Position numbers and translations under genes: made by a program. A DNA stretch of 64,000 nucleotides from a virus. Every line of letters starts with the position of its first letter. Position 1 is the first letter of the stretch. The notes under the pieces were generated by a model. The model had not been told where the DNA came from, did not search any database, and saw only the letters and a program-made list of their open reading frames with translations. The DNA is taken from the IMG/VR virus record IMGVR_UViG_3300045988_167691; one strand, given 5' to 3'. Below, piece after piece: positions 54,560 to 64,000 of the stretch.

Positions 54560-57500
54560 TTATATAGGTTCGTTGTGGTAGTATATACAAAATATACCTT
54601 CTCCTGGTCTTGTAATATTTCCCGCATCATCATCTGCCGGAGAAGATTCTTCTCCAGAACCATACCCAGCAATTCTTGTCTTTCCTCCGTCTGGAGAAGT
54701 GAAATAAGAATCACCATAGCCTGCGCCTCCATATGCGGATGCACCAGTTCTTTGTCCAGATAAAGTGTTCAAATACCCAGCTCCACCTTTACTTGTACCA
54801 CCAAAAATAGATTGGACAGGAATAACAACTGAGGATTGAATAGGTTTAGTCACTTTTCCCAAAACAGTATCTTCATAAGAACTTTTAAATCCATATTTAC
54901 CATCTCCACCTGGTGCACCGTCTGGTTGTATTCTTAGACCTGTAGAAGGATAAGTTTCTTCTTTTGCGTTTTGGCTTCCCGGACTTCCACTACAATAGAA
55001 TGTACCTATCATGTGGGCAGCAAAACCACCGGAACTTTTTGCATTATATACAGAATAATTGCCCAATCTACTTCCTTGTGGCATGGGGAGATCGGCATCA
55101 TTTTGAGCATTACCTTTCCCATTATAGGCTCTACATTCATAAGTTGTTATTCCTAATCTTATGGAATACTCTGTGCCTTCTGTCCAACTGCCTGTATTTG
55201 GTATAGAACTAAATGTAATTTTATTTATTTGGCCATTTGAAATATCCGACATCAATATATTAGGAATATACACAATTTGTCCAGTTGTTCCACCCATCAA
55301 TACAAATTCATTCCAAGAATCCCAATACTCAAATTTTTCACCTCCCCTTCCAACTATCAAAAGGGAAACGTATTTGTATGATGTATCTAATTGGTAATTG
55401 GATTGGTCACTTGTTATCTGCACCAACTTGTTCGGTTTAGTTAGGGTGTATTCCAAATTCACACTTGTTTGATAAACCCCACTTATACTTCCTGTCGTTG
55501 AAAAATCACTGAAACCAGAAGATGTAATCTTAATCTGATAATTTCCCGCAGGAATTTTGTCAAACCGTGCCGTGTATGTTGCTGGTCCTGCCGAACCTGT
55601 ATGCTTCTGCCCTTCTGAATCTGTAAATTCCACATTACCACCAGTAGGGTTTACTTTTACTTGCACCATATACAGCGGAGTAAGATTTACTTGCACCTGC
55701 ATTCCTTCACTGTTCACAGTAATGCTTTGGGATGTTTCTTTGGAAAAATCCCCTTCCGGTACATACAAGATATACTGTCCGTATGCGACATTGGCGAACG
55801 TTACGGTAGTGGTTATATTTTTAGTCTGAATCACCTCTAGCCCCGTACTGTCCTTTAGTTGGATTTGGCTTGGCATACCTTGCATTTGTCCAACTCTTCT
55901 TACCTGAACATTCAGAGCACTGTATATCTTCTTTAAAGAAATATTTATCTCTTTAGAAGAAGTTACATAGTCCGAATAGACTGTGTTTTCATAGCCACTC
56001 TTTTCTACGGTAAAGATATTTGAGCCACTCTTTACCGTAAGAACAGCATTCCCTTGCGAATTTGTAACGCCCGTTACTTTTACATTCCCGTTTTCGGCTG
56101 TAACCTTTGCGCCTGAAACAGGAGAACCGCTTGATGTATTCTCCCTTACAGTTACAGTTACACTCACACCCTTTTCCAATGTAACAGAAATACTTTTTAT
56201 TTCAGAAATAACACCAGTTTCTCCAGTTGCAGTCATATATCCATCGGCAGCAACTTCATAACTGAATGACTGTCCTAATGGGACATTTATTCTTGCCACG
56301 CCATCTTGTCCTGTCGTACCGGAATATATTTTCCCATCAGTTTCCGATACAGTAATCCTTGCACCCTCTAAAAAAGTTGTTCCGCTATCGCCACCATACA
56401 CCAAGAAAAGCAATGTTGTAGTTGAAGAAATAAACACTTCTTGATTTACAGAGGGCAAATGAACAGACATAAAGCCTTTTTTAGGCTGCAATGGTAAAGG
56501 TGGGGTTACCACATAATCATAACTTCCATACAAAACTTTATTTTCTGGAATATCCGAACTTTTTACCTTCTTTCCGTAGAAAGAGAATGTGATATTCAAA
56601 TCTTTCAAATCATCTGCGGATAATGTACCTCCGTCAAAAGATTGCACATACACTGACCAAATGGTAGGATTACCTATTGTTTTTGTATCCAACAAAAGAT
56701 CAGAAAGCTGGAATCTTTGAATTACATCATTTTCCATCTCCACCGTTAAGGGAGCGTTTTGCGAGCCATAAGTTATAACTATCTTCAGATTGGACGGAAC
56801 ACCACTTACCTTAAAACCAAAATCCAAAGCCTTGTGATAATCCACTGTCTTTTCTGTGCCAATTTGGAAAAGACCATTCGAAAACCCTATAAGTCCGGCA
56901 TCCACATTAAACAAAACATAAGTCTCTGTAGAAGCTGTCGATGTCTTAATTACACTCGTTAAAGTAAGGTTCTTTTTCGTTTTATCCCAGCTTCCCTCCC
57001 AGCCATCTATTTTATTTGAATTGTAAATTCTGGTAAGACTTTCCGTAATACCACCATTATCCTTATCCTGAACAATTGTCAATGGAGAAACAATTACACC
57101 ATTGGGGAAATAGGTTTTTAATTGATCTGTTGTTACACCTTCCGATGGAACAAGATATTTTTCATCTTCTTGAAAAACAGGACAACCGGAAAAATCCGCA
57201 TCGCTGTCTTGTGACCACTCAAACTCTCCACCATCAAACGTCATAATAGCAACACCACTGCTGTTTGTAGTTCCTTTATATTTATTGGAAGAGTTATTTC
57301 GATCAACCATCGTCACGACAGCGTTTTCTATTGCAGTATTTTCATCTTCAACCTTGACGGTAAACTGGACATCTGATATTTGCTTCATTTCAAAGCTAAT
57401 ATCAGCCTGTCCATTGCTTACCGTAAACTCGCCACTAAAATCCAAATAGCCGTCTTTTGTTGCTGTATAAGTGTAATTCCCGTTTCTGTTCTGGAATGTA

Positions 57501-60500
57501 GCAACACCACTCGATGCTTTGCCTGAATCAATCACCGTGCCAGGAGCTTCCTTTCTATAAATATTGATATCTGGATTTGCATAAGCAGGCGTTATCTGAA
57601 ATATAATGCTATACTTCACGTAATCAGTAAGGTCAATATCAACCTGTTTCGCTTGTAATCCAACTTCAAAGCTGCCGTCCGGTACATCTATCAAATCAGA
57701 ATTATTGCTTTCGTCAGTCGGGATCGAATAAGTATAGCTCCCCTCCGGTAAAGAAATAGTAGCTATTCCACTTTGATTAGTAACGATCGTTTGGGGAAGA
57801 ACCCTTTGTGTCGCACTATTTACTACAATCTTAACATCTGACTTGACACTGTTACTTACTATTGTCTTAAACGTGACAATAGCTCCCCGTATCATCGTTA
57901 TACTTACACTCGTTTCAGCTTCGTTTACCCTTACCGTGCCGTTCCCAGATTGATAACCTTCCTTCGAATAGGTGTATGAATGTGTACCTGTAGAAAGATT
58001 TGTTTTTGCTGTACCATCCTGTGTTGTTGTGATTGTTTCTGCGTTATCTATAACAATTTTAGCACCATCAACAAAACCTCCTTCTTCGTCTTTTACAGTA
58101 AATGTCGTTTCAAACCCAAAAACCAGTTCAACTGCTTTTTCTTGGTCGGCATCCTGTATGCTGCCTACACCTTCTTCTGGTGAGTATCCTGCAAGTAACG
58201 CACCCCAATCATAAGCACCGTTTATTACCTGTACAGGGTCAGTCGTACCATCGTCTTTTGTTTTGAGGCTTACAGTGTTCCCACTTAATATGGCTGCACC
58301 ACTCACACTGACGGCTACATCCTTTAATCCTGATTTTCCTGCGGCAGTCACTTTAAAGGTAAGATTCCATATCTTCTTTAAAATCTGTGTAAACGTTTCC
58401 TCTTTTGTTACTTCAAAAGGTAGTTCTTCACCCTTATACCCTTCTTTTGAAAATGTAGCCGTGTATCGCCCTGCTTTCAATTTTAAAGTAGCTTCACCAT
58501 TTGTTCCGGTAACAAGAGCTTCTTCTTTACCGGAAATCCCAATAGATACGCCTTGCAAAAGATTGGGGGAACTCATATTGTCTTTTGCAATAAACGTAAT
58601 ATTGTAAGACATAGGAACAAGCTGCACCAGCACATCTTTATTGCTGCCAGAAACCGATATGCTACCTTGTGTCTGTACATATCCGTCTTTTGTTACAGTG
58701 TAAGGGTAATCTCCATCAGAAAGACGAACTGTTACCAATCCACCCTGCGAAGTCTGATAGTCCTTTTCGTTGATATGAATATTAGCGTTTTCAATTGCAA
58801 CACCTTCATCTGTCTGTACAGTAAATACAATATCGTATTTCTTGTACTCCATATTTACAGGGAAAGACGGAATATCCGCACTTACAACTTCCAGCTCGCC
58901 TAAATAATCGTCCATACCATTGGCAACCACCGTAAACGGATATGTACCATTTTTTAACTGCAAGGACACCTCACCATTATCCTGTGTCTGATAAGACGTT
59001 GCATTTATCTCCACTGTAGCCCCCTTAATAGGTTCTTTCAATGGATTTTTTACCGTCATTATGACATTGTAAAGTCTTGCCTTTAAACTTATTACACTAC
59101 TGTTATCACTGTCAAGAACAGTAACCGAAGAACTGCCGTCATAATATCCCGACTTTGTTACGGTATAAGGATATGTCCCGTTTTGAAGGCTTGCAACAGC
59201 TTGACCTCTTTCATTTGTAGGATAAGAAGAGCCATTGATATTTACTGCTGCTCCTTGTGCCGGACTACTGTTATCACTGTTCTTGACAGTGATAACCACA
59301 TTATAATGTTTCAATACAAGGGTTCTTCGAATTAATGTATCCTGTCCTTCTACGTTGAACGATCCGGTCAAATCATCATATCCCTTTTTCTGCACGGTGT
59401 AGCTGTAATTTCCACTCTTTAATTTTATAGTAGCTTGTCCAGAACCGTTTACATTCAATACTCCCGGCTGTCCTTCTATTTTGATTGTAGCTCCTTCTGC
59501 CGGATTCCCCTGATTTACCTGCGAAATATTAAATTCCACATTGTATAAAAAGAAATCCATCTCAAAGGTAACGTCCGCATTCTGGTTGTTGACCTTAATT
59601 TCCCCCTGTAAAGTATCATACCCTGTCTTTTCGATTGTTACAGGATATTCACCATTTACAAGTGGTATTTCCACCTCTCCATGCTGGCTCGTAAGATATT
59701 CTCCATTGTTCACCTTTACAATGACATTCGGTATAAGCTGATTTTCCTTATCCTTTACAATGACAGTAATCGTCCATACCTTAAATTCCAATTCAGGATA
59801 TACTTCTTTATCTCTACCATCCACAACTACACTGCCGGAATACTCATCATATCCCAACTTTTCAATAGTGTAGGGATAGTTCCCGTTCCTTGCGGACAAA
59901 GAAGCCACACCTTGCAAATTGGTAGTGGTTGTTCTGTTATCCATCGTTACATTTGCATAAGGAACAACCCCTCCCTTTTCGTCCGTCATATGGAAAGTGA
60001 CCGTATAAGGAGCTAAAACCATTTGTACATCAATGAAAACACTACCGTTCAACACTACAAACATTCCTTCTGCGGGGATATATCCCGAAGCGGAAACAAT
60101 ATATTCATACTGTCCGTTTGCAAGTTGGATAATAGCTTGTCCGTTGTCATTAGTTACAACCGCATTGTTTCCTATAGAAATATTTGCACCCTCAACAGGT
60201 CTCCCATCCGAATCTGTTACATTGAAATAAACCTCTTGATAAAGGTTAAGTGAACTGTCATTAATACCCACAAACAAATCTTCCGATTCTGCCGGATAGA
60301 ATAGTGGTGAAAGGTTGCTGTCAGAATCGTACAAAACATTGCCGTCTTGATCTCGCATAACGAACCCTCTGATACGCGGTAACTGGTTTGCCGGAACTTG
60401 CTGGTCGTAATACGGAAAAAAGTATTCGTCCGGCACATATTTTACACCATCGGTCTTTTTTACAATATCCAGCAAATCGTCCCATTCTACGATTTTTCCA

Positions 60501-61453
60501 GGTGTCCAAAAACGAAAATCAAGATATTTAGTAAGGCTCACTTGTATGTTCTGACGCACAGTAGACACATCGTAATCCGGTTGAAGCTGAACACGGAAAT
60601 CCAACCCCCTTTCTGAACCCACATAGAACCAATCAATATTCTTGATACCAATACCAACTACTTTCCCTTCAATATTCAGTTCTGAAATACCAAAATATCC
60701 TTGTGCGCTTTCAAGAAGTGTATCAAGTTCTTCTTCGGTAAAGAAAATACCGTTCTGCGAAACAACATAGAGATTATATATGCCCTTTTCGTCCAGACCG
60801 GCACTCATTACTTTTAAGACACGATCGTCTATGTTGCTAAGTGTCTGTGTCCAGTATTCTATTGTATTCTTGCTAAGGATATTCAGATTGTTCTTAATAC
60901 GGATTCTAAACGTTTCATCATCCTCACTATCACGTCCTCCAATAGCATAATATTCATTCGTACATTCGATATGACCTTGTGGCTGCGGAGAAACATTAGT
61001 AATGCTATTAGGCGGTACGTTTGTGGAATACCCTGCGTTGATACTTCTTACCTTTACATATCCGTAACCACTTTCCCCTACAGTCAATGCTTCGTCAACT
61101 TGGAAACGAATACCGTTCTTGTTCACAAAAGTAACGTCAGTACCATACACAGTACCAGGATCAGCAGACACCCTTATATATGTCGAAGAACCCAAAGCAC
61201 CTTTACGCGGGCTGACACCATACAAAGCAGCAGCCTTATCCAGATAAACGCCTGTAGCTGTATCTGGAAATATCTGCGCTTCCTTTATGGCAATATCCTT
61301 CATTGCCTTTTGAGCAACTTTCGCTACACCGAATGCCGTAGCATTCACAACCGAACCGTCAGCTACATTACTTACCTTGGCAGTCTTATCCAAAAACATC
61401 TCTATAAAGAGATTTTTCAAATTGGTTATCGTTGCACTTGTTTTTGTAATCAT
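54560..61453 (-). CDS. baseplate J-like protein fused to a giant fibre (2297 aa) with a switchable Gly-rich C-terminal tip
   Basis: The N-terminus (AFGVAKVAQKAM..., YLDKAAALYGVSPRKGALGSS) resembles Baseplate_J. It has more than 10 carboxypeptidase-regulatory-like repeats (NGNYPYTIEKLGYD, NGTYPYTVTKSGYY ...). The C-terminus is Gly-rich. Confidence 0.75.
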   Translation of the reverse strand: MITKTSATITNLKNLFIEMFLDKTAKVSNVADGSVVNATAFGVAKVAQKAMKDIAIKEAQIFPDTATGVYLDKAAALYGVSPRKGALGSSTYIRVSADPGTVYGTDVTFVNKNGIRFQVDEALTVGESGYGYVKVRSINAGYSTNVPPNSITNVSPQPQGHIECTNEYYAIGGRDSEDDETFRIRIKNNLNILSKNTIEYWTQTLSNIDDRVLKVMSAGLDEKGIYNLYVVSQNGIFFTEEELDTLLESAQGYFGISELNIEGKVVGIGIKNIDWFYVGSERGLDFRVQLQPDYDVSTVRQNIQVSLTKYLDFRFWTPGKIVEWDDLLDIVKKTDGVKYVPDEYFFPYYDQQVPANQLPRIRGFVMRDQDGNVLYDSDSNLSPLFYPAESEDLFVGINDSSLNLYQEVYFNVTDSDGRPVEGANISIGNNAVVTNDNGQAIIQLANGQYEYIVSASGYIPAEGMFVVLNGSVFIDVQMVLAPYTVTFHMTDEKGGVVPYANVTMDNRTTTTNLQGVASLSARNGNYPYTIEKLGYDEYSGSVVVDGRDKEVYPELEFKVWTITVIVKDKENQLIPNVIVKVNNGEYLTSQHGEVEIPLVNGEYPVTIEKTGYDTLQGEIKVNNQNADVTFEMDFFLYNVEFNISQVNQGNPAEGATIKIEGQPGVLNVNGSGQATIKLKSGNYSYTVQKKGYDDLTGSFNVEGQDTLIRRTLVLKHYNVVITVKNSDNSSPAQGAAVNINGSSYPTNERGQAVASLQNGTYPYTVTKSGYYDGSSSVTVLDSDNSSVISLKARLYNVIMTVKNPLKEPIKGATVEINATSYQTQDNGEVSLQLKNGTYPFTVVANGMDDYLGELEVVSADIPSFPVNMEYKKYDIVFTVQTDEGVAIENANIHINEKDYQTSQGGLVTVRLSDGDYPYTVTKDGYVQTQGSISVSGSNKDVLVQLVPMSYNITFIAKDNMSSPNLLQGVSIGISGKEEALVTGTNGEATLKLKAGRYTATFSKEGYKGEELPFEVTKEETFTQILKKIWNLTFKVTAAGKSGLKDVAVSVSGAAILSGNTVSLKTKDDGTTDPVQVINGAYDWGALLAGYSPEEGVGSIQDADQEKAVELVFGFETTFTVKDEEGGFVDGAKIVIDNAETITTTQDGTAKTNLSTGTHSYTYSKEGYQSGNGTVRVNEAETSVSITMIRGAIVTFKTIVSNSVKSDVKIVVNSATQRVLPQTIVTNQSGIATISLPEGSYTYSIPTDESNNSDLIDVPDGSFEVGLQAKQVDIDLTDYVKYSIIFQITPAYANPDINIYRKEAPGTVIDSGKASSGVATFQNRNGNYTYTATKDGYLDFSGEFTVSNGQADISFEMKQISDVQFTVKVEDENTAIENAVVTMVDRNNSSNKYKGTTNSSGVAIMTFDGGEFEWSQDSDADFSGCPVFQEDEKYLVPSEGVTTDQLKTYFPNGVIVSPLTIVQDKDNGGITESLTRIYNSNKIDGWEGSWDKTKKNLTLTSVIKTSTASTETYVLFNVDAGLIGFSNGLFQIGTEKTVDYHKALDFGFKVSGVPSNLKIVITYGSQNAPLTVEMENDVIQRFQLSDLLLDTKTIGNPTIWSVYVQSFDGGTLSADDLKDLNITFSFYGKKVKSSDIPENKVLYGSYDYVVTPPLPLQPKKGFMSVHLPSVNQEVFISSTTTLLFLVYGGDSGTTFLEGARITVSETDGKIYSGTTGQDGVARINVPLGQSFSYEVAADGYMTATGETGVISEIKSISVTLEKGVSVTVTVRENTSSGSPVSGAKVTAENGNVKVTGVTNSQGNAVLTVKSGSNIFTVEKSGYENTVYSDYVTSSKEINISLKKIYSALNVQVRRVGQMQGMPSQIQLKDSTGLEVIQTKNITTTVTFANVAYGQYILYVPEGDFSKETSQSITVNSEGMQVQVNLTPLYMVQVKVNPTGGNVEFTDSEGQKHTGSAGPATYTARFDKIPAGNYQIKITSSGFSDFSTTGSISGVYQTSVNLEYTLTKPNKLVQITSDQSNYQLDTSYKYVSLLIVGRGGEKFEYWDSWNEFVLMGGTTGQIVYIPNILMSDISNGQINKITFSSIPNTGSWTEGTEYSIRLGITTYECRAYNGKGNAQNDADLPMPQGSRLGNYSVYNAKSSGGFAAHMIGTFYCSGSPGSQNAKEETYPSTGLRIQPDGAPGGDGKYGFKSSYEDTVLGKVTKPIQSSVVIPVQSIFGGTSKGGAGYLNTLSGQRTGASAYGGAGYGDSYFTSPDGGKTRIAGYGSGEESSPADDDAGNITRPGEGIFCIYYHNEPI
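54794..54820 (-). repeat. inner inverted repeat, right arm
   Basis: tgtaccaccaaaaatagattggacagg. Partner is 54277-54303. Confidence 0.8.
55340..55406 (-). repeat. 67-bp inverted repeat, right arm (inside the expressed fibre gene)
   Basis: Exact reverse complement of 53721-53787. Confidence 0.95.
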
Positions 61454-61464
61454 CTGAATATCAA

Positions 61465-62412
61465 TTATATAGGAACATTTACTAAATAATCTTTCTTTGT
61501 TACCGTTTTACATTGCAAAGAAAGGAACACGGCATCTTCCTCTCTTTTTACATCCATCAACTCCACAGAGTCCCATCTTGAATCCCTTTGGAACATATTC
61601 ATTACATCCTTAAAAATAGAAGGGTACTGGATTGCGTTCACCGTTGTTCCTATGAACTCATTTGCAATTCCATAATCCTTAAACTCTGGTATACAACCTT
61701 TCTGTGCTGACAAAATAGCATCAAGAGCTTGCTTTATCGCATCATCTCCCACTACTATTTTCAAATCATTATTCTCAAACACAAAATTAAGGTCTATATC
61801 TCTTCCCAATATGTTTTCTCCTACCAGCACATCCACTACCGTATCAAGATAATTTCCTCCAATGTTTCTAAGATTGACGTAGAACCTGTTCCCTCCATCT
61901 GAAAAAGAATAATCTGTTTCTTCTATATACTGCGGAATGGTAATATCCATCCAATCGTCTTCCGGGTTCTCACTATTAAGTTGTCTTGCCACATCTTCAA
62001 ACCGCTCTCCCGTCCGAAGTGTCTTTTCAAGCTGTAAAGTATTGTTCTTGTCCAAAGAGGAACTGCGAAGCCACCTTGCAGAACTCTTTATAGTGGAAAG
62101 TTTGGTCTGTGTTTCAGTAAAATTATCCAAAATATCCCACATGGAAATATCATCCAAAGTGTTTTCATGTAGGATAAACAAAGGTTCAATAGTTTCTGAT
62201 TCCTTTGTAAGTTCCACAAGACGTAAAAAAGAATCCTTGTCCACCTCTCCGCCGTTGCTATAGTAGTCAACAATCAAAGGATAGTCGTTGGTACAGAAAT
62301 CCACAAACTTTTGAAAATAGGATTTAATGTCGTACCCTGTTATGTTATAAAATTTTTCAAACGCTTTATCCATTGCCCAACAAACCTTTTGAAAGTGAAC
62401 TTGCGAACTCAT
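61465..62412 (-). CDS. baseplate wedge protein with a gp25/GPW-like C-terminal domain
   Basis: IKQALDAILSAQKGCIPEFKDYGIANEFIG resembles the gp25 family core. Confidence 0.5.
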   Translation of the reverse strand: MSSQVHFQKVCWAMDKAFEKFYNITGYDIKSYFQKFVDFCTNDYPLIVDYYSNGGEVDKDSFLRLVELTKESETIEPLFILHENTLDDISMWDILDNFTETQTKLSTIKSSARWLRSSSLDKNNTLQLEKTLRTGERFEDVARQLNSENPEDDWMDITIPQYIEETDYSFSDGGNRFYVNLRNIGGNYLDTVVDVLVGENILGRDIDLNFVFENNDLKIVVGDDAIKQALDAILSAQKGCIPEFKDYGIANEFIGTTVNAIQYPSIFKDVMNMFQRDSRWDSVELMDVKREEDAVFLSLQCKTVTKKDYLVNVPI

Positions 62413-63148
62413 TTACACCTTTTTGGATCACATTGGAAGCACATGCAGACACCAAAGAACCTTTAGCTCCCTTAGTTCCCAAAACAGCTTCCATAGGAGC
62501 AATAACAGTCATTTCAAGATTATATTCCCAAATCATGTTCTTTGATACATTTTGACTGAAAGTAATCCCTCTTGGCGGAATGGTAACCAAATAGCTTTCA
62601 CCAAATGCCATGTTATAAAAATATAGCTTCATAGGGAAACCCAGACTATCCACACCGTTACTTTTGTCTATGATAGACTGCAATATTTTTATACAACCGT
62701 ATCCTGTTTTTATTCCTACATCAAAAGAAGGCATTTTTAAAGAACTTGTGCTCTTACCTTGCAACTGATACAAATAGCGTTTTCCGGCAGATATACTGAA
62801 AGCTGCACCTGTCAAGGAAACACTATCAGAACCGGATAGAAGAATCTTGAATGTCCTACCGAAGTTCCCTTTTATGGATATTGACTGTGGTGTAAACACC
62901 GGAGAAGTAAGAACCGTTATGCCACCTGCCGTATTAACTACTGTAGTTCTTTTCGGTTCACTCTTGTCTATGCTTTCCGGGCTGATGGGGAAAGTAAAGA
63001 CATCAATCGTATTGTCCTTAGAATCTGTCAATTCCAAAGAACACATATACACTTCAAAATCATTCGGGAATTGCGTTGCCATCATGGAACGTCCCAAATT
63101 TTTAAGCGTTGACTTTGCTGTTTTTACTACTGAATCCAAAACTGCCAC
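62366..63148 (-). CDS. baseplate/tail protein, 260 aa
   Basis: ORF between the spike-like and gp25-like genes. Confidence 0.45.
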   Translation of the reverse strand: MAVLDSVVKTAKSTLKNLGRSMMATQFPNDFEVYMCSLELTDSKDNTIDVFTFPISPESIDKSEPKRTTVVNTAGGITVLTSPVFTPQSISIKGNFGRTFKILLSGSDSVSLTGAAFSISAGKRYLYQLQGKSTSSLKMPSFDVGIKTGYGCIKILQSIIDKSNGVDSLGFPMKLYFYNMAFGESYLVTIPPRGITFSQNVSKNMIWEYNLEMTVIAPMEAVLGTKGAKGSLVSACASNVIQKGVNEFASSLSKGLLGNG

Positions 63149-63202
63149 GGCTATAGATATTTAAATTGTTTATCAAAAATACAAACTTTTCTTCGCAACT
63201 CC

Positions 63203-64000
63203 TTATCCCTGTGTTATTTTTTCATTCTCATAATCAGAAGCATTGAAAGATTGTGCCGACTGCATGGGAAAAGTTACAGGTACAGGTGCAGGACTTGGTA
63301 CGCCTGCTGTTGCTCCCACAAGAAAAGAACCTGCTGGTACATTATGAGTATGAGAATTGAATGTATTTACAAACGTATTCAGCTTGCTTGTAAGATTATC
63401 CAATTCCACCAATCCTTTCAATCCACCACCATTAAACTCAATTATATCATTGTTCATTTTGAGTGTAGAAGCTCCTGTTTTCAAGTCCAATTGTTCTTTG
63501 GTTATTGTACTTTGTACATTATCCCCTATTTTGACCATAACACCTGTATTATCCACCTGTAGGGATTGCTCCATTTCTTCTGTTTTCCAATGGAAAGAAA
63601 CCTTTTCCAAATCCATAGAAACACGTCTTTCTTCTTCCTCCGGTTTTTCAGGGTTTACGACTTTCGCTTCCATTTGAGTATAACTCTTTACAGAAACCAT
63701 TTCTCCACCCAACACATTCACGCTTCCAGTTGATTCAACGTTTACTTCCGATTCTAAAGAACCTGTTGACCTAACGCTGACGGAAGCCTTTTCAGGGGAA
63801 TTAATAGAAACCATAATTGTGTTGTCGCTCGGATTGACCACCAAAGAAGCTGTTACATTCCCTACCGTCTTTCTAAATTGAAAAGTATTTTCTTTCCACA
63901 TAGGAGACTGATCGTTTCTGCAATAACTACCTATCACAATAGGGATACCGTCATACGGATTGCTTGCCAACACAACTGCCGACCCTTGCTCATTTTCTTT
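63203..64000 (-). CDS. baseplate spike / gpV-like protein (5' end outside the window)
   Basis: The frame is open to position 64000. VLASNPYDGIPIVIGSY and C-terminal FNSHTHNVPAGSF resemble the phage_base_V / Mu gp45 type. Confidence 0.5.
   Translation of the reverse strand, partial: KENEQGSAVVLASNPYDGIPIVIGSYCRNDQSPMWKENTFQFRKTVGNVTASLVVNPSDNTIMVSINSPEKASVSVRSTGSLESEVNVESTGSVNVLGGEMVSVKSYTQMEAKVVNPEKPEEEERRVSMDLEKVSFHWKTEEMEQSLQVDNTGVMVKIGDNVQSTITKEQLDLKTGASTLKMNNDIIEFNGGGLKGLVELDNLTSKLNTFVNTFNSHTHNVPAGSFLVGATAGVPSPAPVPVTFPMQSAQSFNASDYENEKITQG

Larger units (their letters stand above)
53721..55406. other. predicted invertible DNA segment (1686 bp) carrying two alternative fibre C-terminal cassettes
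   Basis: Bounded by perfect 67-bp inverted repeats, both read in frame as QSNYQLDTSYKYVSLLIVGRGG. Confidence 0.7.

Noticed and set aside
53686-55406. Diversity-generating retroelement (TR/VR pair) acting on the fibre tip
   Set aside because: The repeats are inverted, perfect and short, with no adenine-specific mismatches. No reverse transcriptase ORF is visible anywhere in the window.
47300-60250. Periodic repeats in the fibre genes as a possible CRISPR array or satellite
   Set aside because: The periodicity is at the protein-domain level (diverged modules of about 85 aa inside continuous ORFs). There are no short identical DNA repeats with unique spacers.

Overview
This window is an AT-rich, densely coding 64-kb stretch of a tailed dsDNA phage genome with myovirus-type baseplate genes (V-, W/gp25- and J-like). 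The host is probably a Bacteroidota member. That is an inference from three things: no Shine-Dalgarno sequences, TAnnTTTG-type -7 boxes, and a BspA-like LRR fibre tip. A short + strand block (1-6328) holds small unknown genes and a DnaN-like clamp. It converges on one long - strand block (6753-64000). That block contains, in coordinate order: a lysis-like pair, a frameshifted C5-methyltransferase and a bacterial-type replication/recombination module (UvrD-like helicase, RNase HI, SNF2 helicase, Dam-like MTase, NAD-ligase, RuvC-like resolvase, SbcC/SbcD, RecA, SSB-like, DnaE in two pieces, MazG, primase, DnaB, DnaQ-like exonuclease). It also contains TerL, a solo tnpB element, a lytic transglycosylase, an HNH endonuclease and a tail-fibre/baseplate module with two giant fibres. 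Six things deserve a second look. (1) A predicted 1.69-kb invertible segment (53721-55406) is bounded by perfect 67-bp inverted repeats. It would swap the C-terminal tip of the 2297-aa baseplate-J/fibre protein for a silent convergent cassette, and no recombinase is visible in the window. (2) dnaE is broken inside the conserved PHP motif by about 231 nt that carry stop codons of all three types, two GC-rich hairpins and intein-like peptide remnants. (3) Four inteins all sit directly after the P-loop GK of different ATPases, forming two paralogous pairs. One pair is class 1 (Cys1). The other has the class 3 WCT signature. (4) The C5-MTase is split by a G7 homopolymer. (5) There is a tnpB with no tnpA. 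(6) A 26-nt promoter/operator-like motif recurs, and a 53-nt leader is duplicated. I found no rRNA, tRNA or CRISPR array. All calls come from reading motifs by eye; no database search was run.
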